In this document: in pieces, positions 8,911-18,988 of the stretch | Position numbering within the stretch: position 1 is the first letter of the stretch | Layout of the letters: each line of letters opens with the position of its first letter | Source of the DNA: Candidatus Poribacteria bacterium | Lineage (GTDB): Bacteria > Poribacteria > WGA-4E > PCPOR2b | Assembly: GCA_965116925.1 (NCBI GenBank) | Contig: OZ220744.1 | Coordinates: forward strand, 1,696,001 to 1,760,000 | DNA length: 64,000 bases | Direction of reading: 5' to 3' | Translations under genes and position numbers: made by a program | The notes under the pieces: model-generated | What the model was told of the DNA's origin: nothing | The model's database searches: none | The model's input: only the letters and a program-made list of their open reading frames with translations

Positions 8911-10344
8911 TCACGCATCACGTTTCACTCTTACAGTGTGCCAAGGTGTAGCTTGCTCATAAGCGTGGGCTATCTGAAGCAGTGTTTTTTCGGACCACCA
9001 GGGACCGGTAATCTGTAACCCGACAGGCAAGCCTGTTTTGCTATCGGAATCTTCAACCTGCACAAAGCCACACGGCACGGAGATTGACGGTAAACCGAGC
9101 AGGTTAATCAGACGGGTGTTCCGGGTCAAGCGTGGACGGATGCGATTGGACTCGCTGCCACCGGACAAATCATGGGTGCTCCTAAGCGGCGCCGGAACCG
9201 GGGCGGTTGGCGATAGAATACAGTCAACTCCTTCAAATGCACCCACAAAATCGCGTTTGACGATTTCCCGGACGCGCACCGCTTCCACGTAATCTGTAGC
9301 CGACAATTCCAGCCCCTGTTCAAGTAATTCACGCACATCAACGCCATAATCCTCTCTATGTGCTGCGAGGCGTTCCTGATGAAATTGACCGGCTTCCGCT
9401 GTCAAGAGCGTCAACGTTACCTCATGCCCCGCCTCCGCAGATGACAGATCGAGTTCAACAATTTCTACTCCCAATCCTTCTAGGACTTTAATTGCTTCAC
9501 CGACGGTTCGCTCAACTTCTGGATCAACGCTATTGAAGAAATGCTGCTTTGGCACCCCTGCTCTACGTCCACGGATGGGTTGATCTATCCCATCAGCGTA
9601 GTCCGGCACAGGTCGGTTTTCGCTGTGTACATCGCGAGGATCGTAACCGGCAAGGACATTCATCATCAGTGCGGCATCGTGAACATAGCGGCACATGGGT
9701 CCTACAGTATCGAGGGACTGTGCCAGTGCAAGTACACCGTGAACACTGGTGCGTCCGAAAGTTGGTTTCAATCCCACATGTCCACACACCGCCGCCGGGA
9801 TACGTATCGACCCTCCGGTATCGCTGCCCAATGCACCGGCACAGCAACCCACAACAACGGCTGCCGCTGAACCTCCGCTCGACCCGCCCGGCACCCGCGC
9901 AGTATCCCACGGATTCGCAGTTGCCCCAAAGTGCGGATTTTCTGTCGTTACGCCGAAAGCAAATTCATGCAGATTGGTTTTGCCGATAATGATTGCCCCG
10001 GCATCTCTCAGTTTGGTGACGAGTGCAGCATCGAACTGTGGCGATTCGTCCGAAAAGAAGTTTGAACCGGCTGTGCTGCGGGTGCCTTCAACGTAGATTA
10101 TATCCTTGAGGGCGATGGGTATCCCGTGCAGCGGACCGAGATCTTTCCCGTTTCTTATCTCCACCTCTGCTTGTTTAGCACTTTGGAGACTCTCCTCACG
10201 AAACAGTGTGATGAAAGCGTTCAACTGTGGCTCGCACTGATCAATTTTTTCAAGCGTCGCTTCAATGAGTTCGACGGGAGAGATTTTCCCTTTGCGGATC
10301 TGTGTCGCCATTTGAGCGATTGATGCGTGAAGAATATCGTCCAT
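8911..10344 (-). CDS. Amidase signature family enzyme
   Basis: IALKD, GKTNLHEFA, GGSSGGS, SDTGGSIRIPA, GLPVGLQ. Confidence 0.93.
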   Translation of the reverse strand: MDDILHASIAQMATQIRKGKISPVELIEATLEKIDQCEPQLNAFITLFREESLQSAKQAEVEIRNGKDLGPLHGIPIALKDIIYVEGTRSTAGSNFFSDESPQFDAALVTKLRDAGAIIIGKTNLHEFAFGVTTENPHFGATANPWDTARVPGGSSGGSAAAVVVGCCAGALGSDTGGSIRIPAAVCGHVGLKPTFGRTSVHGVLALAQSLDTVGPMCRYVHDAALMMNVLAGYDPRDVHSENRPVPDYADGIDQPIRGRRAGVPKQHFFNSVDPEVERTVGEAIKVLEGLGVEIVELDLSSAEAGHEVTLTLLTAEAGQFHQERLAAHREDYGVDVRELLEQGLELSATDYVEAVRVREIVKRDFVGAFEGVDCILSPTAPVPAPLRSTHDLSGGSESNRIRPRLTRNTRLINLLGLPSISVPCGFVQVEDSDSKTGLPVGLQITGPWWSEKTLLQIAHAYEQATPWHTVRVKRDA

Positions 10345-10355
10345 TGGGACCTCCG

Positions 10356-10946
10356 TTAGCCCTTAACAAACTCAACGATGACGGCAATAATTATACCAAC
10401 CCAAACCGGAATCATCAGGCCAATCGTCCACCTGAGGTTATCTCGAATATCTTTGCTCAAGCTAGCGTAAGTATTAGTGATATCTTTATTCAAGCTAGCC
10501 TGAGTATCAGTAATATCTTTACTCAAGCTAGTGTGAGTATCAGCGATATCTTTACTCAAGCTAGTGTGAGTATCAGTAATATCTTTACTCAAGCTAGCGT
10601 AAGTATCAGTGAGACGTGCCTCAAGTAAGCTCATCCGCTCCTCAATCGAAATCATTCGATTTTCTACAGAAACGATGCGATTTTCTACAGAAACGATGCG
10701 ATTTTCTACAGAAACAATACGATTTTCTAGGGAATCTATACGTGCATCGAGTGTACTAAACCGCTCGTTTACCTGATCTAGCGCGCCGCGCAAGTAGTTC
10801 TGTTCTTTGACAACCTCCAACAATATTTCACCGTGTTGTTGGAGAATTTCACTATGTCTCTGAAGCACCTCACCATGCTGCTGAAGCATGCCTCTGTTCT
10901 GTTGAACGATATTTTTGATTTCCGTGATTTCGGGATTGGTGTTCAT
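10356..10946 (-). CDS. Tandem-repeat coiled-coil protein with a C-terminal TM anchor (DUF1640/CCDC90-like)
   Basis: QQHGEIL, ENRIVSV and TDT.ASLSKDI repeats; ends LRWTIGLMIPVWVGIIIAVI; RBS AGGAGG. Confidence 0.8.
   Translation of the reverse strand: MNTNPEITEIKNIVQQNRGMLQQHGEVLQRHSEILQQHGEILLEVVKEQNYLRGALDQVNERFSTLDARIDSLENRIVSVENRIVSVENRIVSVENRMISIEERMSLLEARLTDTYASLSKDITDTHTSLSKDIADTHTSLSKDITDTQASLNKDITNTYASLSKDIRDNLRWTIGLMIPVWVGIIIAVIVEFVKG
10447..10729. repeat. Coding tandem repeats: about 5 x 33 bp and about 3-4 x 21 bp
   Basis: ATATCTTT.CTCAAGCTAG units at 10447-10611; GATTTTCTACAGAAACGATGC units at about 10658-10729. Confidence 0.9.
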
Positions 10947-11025
10947 GCAAGCCTCCTTTTGATAGAGTGCATTGTATCAACTGTTAGTCTATCGGTCAAC
11001 GATAAATGGGCAACCATCCCTCGAA

Positions 11026-11829
11026 TCACGCCTCACGTTTTAAGAGTGCTTCTGCGTTTGGACGGATTTGTGTCAGATCTTCCGACCGACTCAGTTCGTA
11101 CATAAACACCCCCGGATACTCAATCTCATCCAATGCGCTCACAACACCAGCGAAGTCAACGGTGCCGCGCCCCGGCAGGAGGTGTTCGTCCCGCTCGCCG
11201 TGATTATCGTGCAGGTGCAAAGTGATGAGATGTTCACCGATGGTCCGTAGAGCTTCCACCGGATCGCCACCGATATTACGATGCCCCGTGTCAATAACGA
11301 CACCTACATTCGGGACATCCAAATCTGTCATCAGTTCGACAAGCCGTATGGGGTCGCCGGTATAACCTCGCGGCACGTTTTCCAACGCAAAGGAAACCTC
11401 TCTGGGGGCAGCGTATTCTGCGACGGTGCGGAGATTATCGAGAAATGCCGTCCGCTTTTCCGTGTGGAGTGGTTCATCAGGCTCAGGAATCCGGATATGA
11501 TGCGTCACGAGAATTCCACCCCCTAAAACCTCCATGGCATCCACTGCTTGACGATAGGCGATCAGCGTTTTATCTCGTTGTGCGGTGTCGAGCGTTGCGA
11601 AGTCATAATCGTCGAATATCTCTAGATGGATGTGAAGCGAATTGAGATGCAACGATAGATCTTCCATCGCTAAACGCAACGCCGTAAACGTCTCAAGATC
11701 CGTATACGAAAAATCGGGATGATAATCTGTCAATTCCAGCGATTCGATGCCTGCCTGCTGGAATTCACGGAAGAGTGTCCAGTTCAGGGGGCGGTCACGA
11801 TGGAGTATGGTTGAAGCACCAATTTTCAT
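11026..11829 (-). CDS. Sugar phosphate isomerase/epimerase (AP endonuclease 2 TIM barrel)
   Basis: ALENV, DTGH, LHLHDN, DEHLLPGRG, YE metal-binding motifs. Confidence 0.88.
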   Translation of the reverse strand: MKIGASTILHRDRPLNWTLFREFQQAGIESLELTDYHPDFSYTDLETFTALRLAMEDLSLHLNSLHIHLEIFDDYDFATLDTAQRDKTLIAYRQAVDAMEVLGGGILVTHHIRIPEPDEPLHTEKRTAFLDNLRTVAEYAAPREVSFALENVPRGYTGDPIRLVELMTDLDVPNVGVVIDTGHRNIGGDPVEALRTIGEHLITLHLHDNHGERDEHLLPGRGTVDFAGVVSALDEIEYPGVFMYELSRSEDLTQIRPNAEALLKREA

Positions 11830-11867
11830 AGTGGTTTTCCTTTCCTTGTTTGGAGGTATGGCAAGAA

Positions 11868-11892
11868 GTCGGGATTCGGAGATCCCTCCTAC
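11868..11892. repeat. REP-like hairpin
   Basis: GTCGGGATTCGGAGATCCCTCCTAC, identical at 31619-31643. Confidence 0.75.
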
Positions 11893-12013
11893 GGGAGAAT
11901 TAAATGACCCTAAATTACTGGATTATTGAATCAATTTCTGGTAAACTTCCCCCAATCATTGAACCGTCTAAAATTTCAAAATCTTTGGAAAGTCGGTAAA
12001 AATTGGAGGACAC

Positions 12014-12904
12014 ATGCAGAAAATTATACTCGATACAGACATTGGCGATGATATTGACGATGCGCTCGCTTTGGCTTTTGCAATCATGAACGGAAAAATT
12101 GATATACTCGGCGTGACAACGGTGTTCAAAAATGCAGTGCAGCGCGCAGAATTGGCGTGCTGTCTGCTGGAAGCGTTAGGGCGAACAGATATCCCCGTCT
12201 ATGCAGGGATCGGCAAGACCCTGCTGCAATCTATTCCAGATTGGGAACAGGTTGCAGCCAATCATCGTCCACGTCAAATGGAGGTTCTAAAGAAACAGCA
12301 GCCATCAATTCAACCGAAGCCGGGTAGTGCCGTTGATTTTATTGTCGATACAGTGATGGCAAGCGACGGAGACATCACACTTGTGCCAATTGGTCCCTTC
12401 ACAAACATTGCGGCGGCATTCACCATAGAACCACGTTTAGCACAGAAAACGCAGATCGTTATGATGGGAGGCGCGACGGACCGTGTACGCCCGGAGTGGA
12501 ACGCGCTCTGCGACCCCGAGGCGACGCGGGTTGTTTTCGGTACAGGGGTGCCAATTACGATGATTGGACTTGATGTCACGACGAAGTGTGTCATGAGCTA
12601 CGAACAGGTAAAAACCATCGGGTCGGTAGACCGCCCGATTAACCAGATCTGTTTTGAGTTAATCCATCTATGGGGCGGCGATAATCCGGAACCACGTCCC
12701 ACTCTCCACGACCCGTTAGCGGTAGCAACCCTGATCGATCCCACCCTCTGCGAAACACGCGAGATGCGAATTGAGGTTGAAACGCGGGCTGATCATCTGC
12801 GCGGTGCAACAGTCCCGATCGCTGGCGAACCGAATACCTCTGTCTGCACCTCGGTTGATGCAATTCGGTTCATGGATCACTTTGTCAAAACATTGACGGC
12901 GTAA
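12014..12904 (+). CDS. Nucleoside hydrolase (IUNH family)
   Basis: DTDIGDDIDDALAL, GPFTNIA, EWN..CDPEA, LHDPLA. Confidence 0.93.
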   Translation: MQKIILDTDIGDDIDDALALAFAIMNGKIDILGVTTVFKNAVQRAELACCLLEALGRTDIPVYAGIGKTLLQSIPDWEQVAANHRPRQMEVLKKQQPSIQPKPGSAVDFIVDTVMASDGDITLVPIGPFTNIAAAFTIEPRLAQKTQIVMMGGATDRVRPEWNALCDPEATRVVFGTGVPITMIGLDVTTKCVMSYEQVKTIGSVDRPINQICFELIHLWGGDNPEPRPTLHDPLAVATLIDPTLCETREMRIEVETRADHLRGATVPIAGEPNTSVCTSVDAIRFMDHFVKTLTA

Positions 12905-12922
12905 AAAACTGAGCAACAAATT

Positions 12923-13040
12923 GGCTTATGTAAAAATAGAGTGCAATTACGGTGAACGTGTTAAGGGCGGGGAAACCAGATGCCCCGCCTACGGTTTTTG
13001 AGGTAAATCAATGCTGTTGCACTAATTCCTAACATGAGCC
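12923..13040. mobile_element. MITE family E (GGCT...AGCC termini, 8-bp TSD; IS1595-like) carrying a REP
   Basis: Ends GGCTTATGTAAAAATAGAGTGCAA and TTGCACTAATTCCTAACATGAGCC. AACAAATT is duplicated at 12915-12922 and 13041-13048. Internal GGGCGGGG..GCCCCGCCTAC at 12965-12992. Confidence 0.85.
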
Positions 13041-13063
13041 AACAAATTAATCGTGTTATGTTT

Positions 13064-13441
13064 TCACCGGCGACGATTCCGTTCCTGATAAAGCAGCTCC
13101 ATCAATTTTGGCACGTCAGGGTTATCCGGCTCCAAGCGCATTACTTCTTCGCCTGCGGCAATCGCTGCGTCAAGCATCCCCACGTTGTAATACGCCCAAC
13201 CGAGTGCTGCATGGATTATTGCAGCATCTGGGTCTAAGTGCAATGCCTGCTGATATTGCTCAATCGCTTCGCGATACCTCTTTTGTTTCAGATAGATATT
13301 CCCCTGTTCAAAGTATGGGTTGCCGCGATTCGTAATCTGAGGTTCTTTTGTTCGTTCCGATTGATACGCTGCCCCGCAGCTGATAAAAAATAAAACCGAA
13401 AACCACATTGTGCATTTCAACCACAGCTTCATCCTAGCCAC
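13064..13441 (-). CDS. TPR-repeat protein, probable lipoprotein
   Basis: Hydrophobic leader ending FFISCG; two TPR motifs. Confidence 0.8.
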   Translation of the reverse strand: MARMKLWLKCTMWFSVLFFISCGAAYQSERTKEPQITNRGNPYFEQGNIYLKQKRYREAIEQYQQALHLDPDAAIIHAALGWAYYNVGMLDAAIAAGEEVMRLEPDNPDVPKLMELLYQERNRRR

Positions 13442-13657
13442 CTCTCTCCCTTGAATAAGATAGCATTGTCAATGATCTATGTCAATCTGAAAGCCAAATT
13501 TACGCTAGGCAATAATAAAGAACGAGGGGAAAGCTACTTTAATTTCCTTGAATGATAACTTGTGTTTTCCATAGACTTATGATATTATAAGCCTAATACT
13601 CAACATCGTAATTATTGGTATGAATAATTTATGAACCTTTTATGGGGAGGAAGCGCG

Positions 13658-14287
13658 ATGGGAAAGATTAATACACTGGTGTTTGCTGGCGGTGCGGTTC
13701 ACGATTGGAAAGGGTGTAGTGAAGCGATAATTGACTACTTATCACAACGGGATGAATTTGAGATTACCAAAGTAGAGGAAGACCTCGATGCCCTGGTTGC
13801 CCCGAATCTTGATCCGTATGACCTGATTGTTTTCTATTACACGATCGGAGAAATCACAGACGCCCAAAAGAACGGCTTGCTAAATCATATCGGTTCGGGC
13901 AAAGGTTATGTCGGGGTACACTCCGCAGCCGATTCGTTTCGAGGGTGTCCTGAATATAGGGCGATGGTCGGCGGCTATTTTGTCACGCACCCACGTTATC
14001 GAGATTATCAGGTAAGCATCGTAGATACCGAGCACCCAATCACCGAAGGCCTCGACGAGACGATGGTTACGGATGAGCAGTATATCCTTGACTACGATCC
14101 CCGTAACCACGTACTCGCGTCGGCGTTGTGGCAGGGCGATGCGGTGCCTGTCGCATGGACAAAAAGTTGGGGAGAGGGTCGCGTATTCTATCTAGCATTG
14201 GGACACGACGCCAAAGCCTGTGAGCATGAGATATTTGGGACGCTTCTGCAACGGGGCGCACTTTGGGCAGGGACGCCCGGTGAATAA
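13658..14287 (+). CDS. ThuA-like (class I glutamine amidotransferase fold) protein
   Basis: GKGYVGVHSA, GGYFVTHP, DEQY, GRVFYLALGH; RBS GGAGG before ATG 13658. Confidence 0.88.
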   Translation: MGKINTLVFAGGAVHDWKGCSEAIIDYLSQRDEFEITKVEEDLDALVAPNLDPYDLIVFYYTIGEITDAQKNGLLNHIGSGKGYVGVHSAADSFRGCPEYRAMVGGYFVTHPRYRDYQVSIVDTEHPITEGLDETMVTDEQYILDYDPRNHVLASALWQGDAVPVAWTKSWGEGRVFYLALGHDAKACEHEIFGTLLQRGALWAGTPGE

Positions 14288-14387
14288 TTGGCACGGCTCT
14301 TAAACGCCGAAATTTCCGGATTGGCGTTTTGCACGGTTTCTTTGCGGGAGAAGCGATCTTGTAGATTCGTTCTGTCTACCCATTCTG

Positions 14388-15029
14388 ATGAAAAAGCGGC
14401 TTACGGACATCCAAATAGATGAGGAAACACCTTCACGCCGAATCCTTTTCCTTGACGGAGTGTATTTTGACAGCGTTGATGCGGGCTGCATCCCCAAGCT
14501 CGGCTTGCGAGTTGGACTAGAGATTGAGGCGGAGGTGCTCCAAAAGCTAATCCAAGCAGACGAAGGAATGCGAGCGAAGAATTACGCCCTTGAGCTGCTA
14601 TCTAGCCAGAGCTATAGCAAGAGTCAGATGGCCCACCAACTTGGTCAGAAAGGCTTTGGGACAGAGGCAATCGACATAACACTAGAAGACCTAGAGCAGC
14701 TTGGCCATATCAAAGACGAAAACTTCGCTAAAAAGTGGGTAACACGCCGTCAACGTTCAAAGCCGAAAGGCAAAAAGCTATTGGAACACGAATTAACGAA
14801 TCAGAGCATAGACAAAACCACCGTAGACCGTGTGCTTGCGGGGATTCACGATGCGGAGGAAACAAAAATAGCATTGCAATTGGCACGAAAACAGGTAAAG
14901 CGCTACCAATCACTCGCACCAGAGGTTGTGAAACGCCGGCTGCACGGTTTTCTACTCAGGCGCGGATTTGATTATGAGACGATTCAGAGTGTAATTAAGC
15001 GAGTGTTGATCAAAGGAAATGGACAATGA
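14388..15029 (+). CDS. recX: Regulatory protein RecX
   Basis: AKNYALELL, GHIKDENFA, LLRRGFDYETI; overlaps the alaS start. Confidence 0.85.
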   Translation: MKKRLTDIQIDEETPSRRILFLDGVYFDSVDAGCIPKLGLRVGLEIEAEVLQKLIQADEGMRAKNYALELLSSQSYSKSQMAHQLGQKGFGTEAIDITLEDLEQLGHIKDENFAKKWVTRRQRSKPKGKKLLEHELTNQSIDKTTVDRVLAGIHDAEETKIALQLARKQVKRYQSLAPEVVKRRLHGFLLRRGFDYETIQSVIKRVLIKGNGQ

Positions 15030-17674
15030 CATCAGATGAAATCAGATCGAATTTTCTAGAATACTTCCAAAAACGGGGGCATACGATCGTTCCGAGTGCC
15101 CCGCTAATACCTGCCGACGACCCAACCTTGCTGTTCACAAACGCCGGGATGAACCAGTTTAAGGACGTGTTTCTCGGAACAGGACGCCGCGAGTACACAC
15201 GGGCTGCTGATACCCAGAAGGTGCTGCGCGTCAGTGGGAAGCACAACGATTTGGAAGAGGTCGGCTATTCCCCAGGACACCACACCTTCTTTGAAATGTT
15301 GGGCAATTGGTCATTCGGAGATTATTACAAGCGCGAAGCGATTGCCTACGCTTGGGAGTTAGTTGCGGAAATTTGGAAAGTCCCCAAGGAACTCCTCTGG
15401 GCAACAGTTCATGACACCGACGATGAATCTGAAAAACTGTGGCTCGCGGAGACCGATATACCGCTTGACCGCATCCGTCGATTTGACAAGGACAATTTCT
15501 GGGAGATGGGAGATACAGGTCCCTGCGGTCCTTGCTCTGAGCTTTTTGTCGACCTCGGTCCTGAGATGGATCCGGCATCAGTTGATGACCCCAATACGGG
15601 CCCCAATATCAGTGACCGATTTCGCGAGATTTGGAATCTGGTGTTTATTCAATATAACCGCGATGCAGCTGGTGAACTTCACCCGTTACCGGAAAAGCAT
15701 GTCGATACCGGTATGGGTTTCGAGCGGATAGTTGCCATCATGCAAGGCGTTGATTCCAACTATAAAACGGACGTATTCGTTCCGATTCTTGATGAAATCT
15801 CTAACATAACCGATCGGGATTATTTTGATGACGATCGTGGCGTGCCACACCGCGTTATCGCGGATCATATTCGATGCCTCACGTTTGCGATTGGCGATGG
15901 CGTGATGCCTTCCAATGAAGGACGTGGCTATGTTATCCGCCGCATCCTTCGGCGTGCCGTGCTATACGGCAAGCGGTTAGGGATGGAGGAGCCGTTCATC
16001 TACAACCTTGTGGATAAGGTGATTGACCAACTCGGTCCTGTTTTCCCCGATGTTCTGCCCCGTCACGACTTTATTAAACGGATTATTCAAGGCGAAGAGG
16101 GGCGGTTCCATCAGACCCTTGATCGTGGGCTAGAAATTCTCCAAGGTTCGCTCGATGAACTTGATACGCAGAATCAATCTGTTCTGTCAGGGAATAGAGC
16201 CTTTGAACTGTACGACACCTTTGGATTCCCGTTGGATCTGACACAGATGCTTGCGCGGGAGCGTGACTTTACGGTTGATGAAGACGGGTTTACCGCAAGT
16301 ATGTCGCAGCAGCGAGAGCGCAGCCGTGCGGATTGGAAAGCCGCCGGCGGTGGGGACACGGGGGAGGCAATATACGCGGATGTCCTCAAAGAATATAATA
16401 CCACCGCGTTTTTGGGTTATGACAGATCCCATGCAGAAGCAGAGGTTATCGCTCTGATCCGAGGCGATGAGTTGGCATCGGGGGTCCACGAGGGAGAGGA
16501 AGTTTCCGTCCTCCTGAATCAGACACCTTTTTACGGAGACTCCGGCGGTCAAGTCGGTGATATTGGTATTATCACAAGCGAAAGTGCGAAACTTAAAGTT
16601 ATTGATACTGTAAAACCTGTTCCCGATCTGTTCGTTCATAAGTGTGAGGTGCTCACAGGGGAGATTACACCACAGACACCGGTGGAAGCGAAGATTGACG
16701 GAGAACGGCGGCAACATATAGCGGTTAGCCACACGGCGACGCATATCCTTCATCATGCCTTGCGTACTGTCCTGGGGACGCATGTCGGTCAGGCGGGATC
16801 GCTCGTCGAGTCGGGGCGGCTGCGATTCGATTTCACACACTATGAAGCTGTCAGTCCAGAACAGCTACACGAAATAGAGAGTGCTATCAACGATAAGGTT
16901 CGTCTGAACAACGATGTCGAGACCGAGTATCTCCCGCTGCAAGCAGCAAAGGACCGTGGTGCCCTTGCTTTCTTCGGCGAGAAGTATGGTGAAATTGTGC
17001 GCTTTGTACAAATCGGCGACTACAGCAAGGAACTGTGCGGTGGCACCCATATCCATGCGGCGGGCGAAATCGGGCTTGTGAAGATTACTAGTGAGAGCAG
17101 CATCGCCGCCGGTGTGCGTCGCATTGAGGCGTTGACTGGATCGGCAGCTTATCAACATATCCACACCGAAGATGAGACACTTACGGCTATAGCGAATCTG
17201 CTCAAAGCTTCAAAGGGTTCAACTCCTGAACGCATCGAAGCACTACTTCAAACCAATCGAGAATTAGAAAGACAGGTCAATGCGCTTCAATCGCAGATGG
17301 CTCAATCGCGGGTTGCGGATCTGGTGAACAGTGCTGTTACTATTGACGGTTTTCGGGTCATTGCCGCTGCCCTCGAAGACACTAATCGGAATAGGCTTCG
17401 CGAACTTGTAGATGATTTGAAAAATCGGATTGGGACTGGTGTCGTTGTGCTCGCCTCGGCTATGGGTAACGATGTGGCGTTTGCTGCCGGTGTTACTTCG
17501 GATCTCGTACAAACACGTGGCTTACAAGCCGGAAAAATTATTCAAGCGGTGACTCGTCTTGCTGACGGTCGCGGTGGCGGACGTCCTGAGCTCGCTCAAG
17601 GTGGAGCTAAAAACCCGAACAAGATGAAGGAAGCAATTGATGCCGTCACGAAAATTGTGGCAGATCAGGCTTAA
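15026..17674 (+). CDS. alaS: Alanine--tRNA ligase
   Basis: LLFTNAGMNQFK, HHTFFEMLGNWSFGDY, DTGMGFER, HTATH, ELCGGTH, GGGRPELAQGG. Confidence 0.99.
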   Translation: MTSDEIRSNFLEYFQKRGHTIVPSAPLIPADDPTLLFTNAGMNQFKDVFLGTGRREYTRAADTQKVLRVSGKHNDLEEVGYSPGHHTFFEMLGNWSFGDYYKREAIAYAWELVAEIWKVPKELLWATVHDTDDESEKLWLAETDIPLDRIRRFDKDNFWEMGDTGPCGPCSELFVDLGPEMDPASVDDPNTGPNISDRFREIWNLVFIQYNRDAAGELHPLPEKHVDTGMGFERIVAIMQGVDSNYKTDVFVPILDEISNITDRDYFDDDRGVPHRVIADHIRCLTFAIGDGVMPSNEGRGYVIRRILRRAVLYGKRLGMEEPFIYNLVDKVIDQLGPVFPDVLPRHDFIKRIIQGEEGRFHQTLDRGLEILQGSLDELDTQNQSVLSGNRAFELYDTFGFPLDLTQMLARERDFTVDEDGFTASMSQQRERSRADWKAAGGGDTGEAIYADVLKEYNTTAFLGYDRSHAEAEVIALIRGDELASGVHEGEEVSVLLNQTPFYGDSGGQVGDIGIITSESAKLKVIDTVKPVPDLFVHKCEVLTGEITPQTPVEAKIDGERRQHIAVSHTATHILHHALRTVLGTHVGQAGSLVESGRLRFDFTHYEAVSPEQLHEIESAINDKVRLNNDVETEYLPLQAAKDRGALAFFGEKYGEIVRFVQIGDYSKELCGGTHIHAAGEIGLVKITSESSIAAGVRRIEALTGSAAYQHIHTEDETLTAIANLLKASKGSTPERIEALLQTNRELERQVNALQSQMAQSRVADLVNSAVTIDGFRVIAAALEDTNRNRLRELVDDLKNRIGTGVVVLASAMGNDVAFAAGVTSDLVQTRGLQAGKIIQAVTRLADGRGGGRPELAQGGAKNPNKMKEAIDAVTKIVADQA

Positions 17675-17732
17675 ATATTGACTGAACCATCCCTTAGAAT
17701 CGGGGTGGACATAGCTCTAGAAGGAATGAAAT

Positions 17733-18317
17733 ATGGAGACCCTACTTAATACATCTTCGCTTTACTGGCAAATTCCTTTAGGTCTACTGTTATTGGTGCT
17801 TGCTATCTTTTTTATATGGTTAGCATCTCGGATCGGGAAGACGCTAAAATCTGTGGAAAATCTGCTAGACAAAAGCGTTCCTAGTCTGCTCAAAGCAACC
17901 GAGCAACTAGTTGGCGTCCACAGAGATATCAGCACTCTACTGACATCTATAGACGGAACTGTTACGGAATTGAACCAAAGGCTTCCTCAGTTGCTTGAGA
18001 ATATCAATGGAATTACCGCTTCCATTCAGCAGATGAGCGAGTCCGAGATTCGATCAACGACACACAATATCCAAGAAATAACGGAAACTATGAACCAAAA
18101 TATTGCGAAAATTGATGAGTTGGTTAACGCTGCCACAGATTTTTCGCAAACAACAATCAAGCAGGTCGAACATTATAGAGATCAGCTTTCCGTTCCTGTC
18201 ACAGATGTTATCAGCGCGTGGAGTGCGCTTAAAAGAAGCTGGGATGTATTCAGCCGGTCTCGGAAATCAAGCAGATCAGATTCAGAAGATACAACTGAGA
18301 ATGAACAGAACGGATAA
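17733..18317 (+). CDS. Single-TM coiled-coil protein, DUF948/YtxG-like (copy 1)
   Basis: N-terminal TM followed by amphipathic helices; precedes a YtxH gene; paralog of 47504-48091. Confidence 0.75.
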   Translation: METLLNTSSLYWQIPLGLLLLVLAIFFIWLASRIGKTLKSVENLLDKSVPSLLKATEQLVGVHRDISTLLTSIDGTVTELNQRLPQLLENINGITASIQQMSESEIRSTTHNIQEITETMNQNIAKIDELVNAATDFSQTTIKQVEHYRDQLSVPVTDVISAWSALKRSWDVFSRSRKSSRSDSEDTTENEQNG

Positions 18318-18506
18318 ATGCGTGTTTTATGATGTCGATTTAGAGATCTATGCGTTACTGAATTGATGAGAGTGTGAAACATGACGAACGATAGAGTGTT
18401 ACACTTCTCACATATCAGATTCATTGACGCATTATTATCGGAGAAATAGTGACAATAGGCGTAAATGTTGCCTAAACACTTAACAATAACTATGGAGGTA
18501 ATTCAA

Positions 18507-18866
18507 ATGGACGACGAAAAACGAGGCAATGGGCTTGTCGTACTCTTGGCATTCTTTATGGGAGGCTTAGTTGGTTCACTTCTCGGTTTACTCTTTGCCC
18601 CCATGGCTGGTAGAGAAACGCGAGAGAGGATTCGTGATGCTTCTACAGATGCCAAAGAACGAACAATCAGCACCGCCCATCGAGCGAAGGACGTAACAAC
18701 CGAACGGGTTACAGATCTGGTCGACAAAGGGAAAGCACGAGTCGATGACGCGACGGAGAGCATGAGAGCAGCTGTCGAAGCGGGTAAATCTGCTTTTGTC
18801 GAAAAGAAATCGGAACTGGCGAATATCCTTTCTCATGAGAAAGACGAGGAAGAAGCCGAAAGTTAA
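18507..18866 (+). CDS. YtxH domain protein (copy 1)
   Basis: [32 protein letters not shown]. Confidence 0.9.
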   Translation: MDDEKRGNGLVVLLAFFMGGLVGSLLGLLFAPMAGRETRERIRDASTDAKERTISTAHRAKDVTTERVTDLVDKGKARVDDATESMRAAVEAGKSAFVEKKSELANILSHEKDEEEAES

Positions 18867-18929
18867 AATTTACCCTGAATAAACAGGTTGGAGATCTGTT
18901 TTTACAGAGTATACAACCTGTCTCAACAC

Positions 18930-18970
18930 AGAAACCACAGGTGGAAACGCTATGTACCTGTGGTTTCTTT
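18930..18970 (+). terminator. Probable intrinsic terminator after the YtxH gene
   Basis: 13-bp stem AGAAACCACAGGT / ACCTGTGGTTTCT followed by T residues. Confidence 0.55.
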
Positions 18971-18988
18971 ATCTGGAGCAGACGTTCA

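Noticed and set aside
8911..10344. Calling the amidase gatA
   Set aside because: No gatC or gatB is adjacent, and the HEFAFG motif is more like stand-alone amidases.
10447..10729. Possible CRISPR array
   Set aside because: The units are contiguous with no unique spacers, are multiples of 3, lie in a coding frame, and no cas genes are present.
14289..14303. Sigma54-like site before recX (TGGCACGGCTCTTAA)
   Set aside because: The -24 half is good but the -12 GC is replaced by AA.
16187..16840. Long antisense ORFs (also 35816-36316, 60657-61232, 63099-63449, 10302-10628)
   Set aside because: They are shadows of well-supported genes on the opposite strand and have no motifs of their own.
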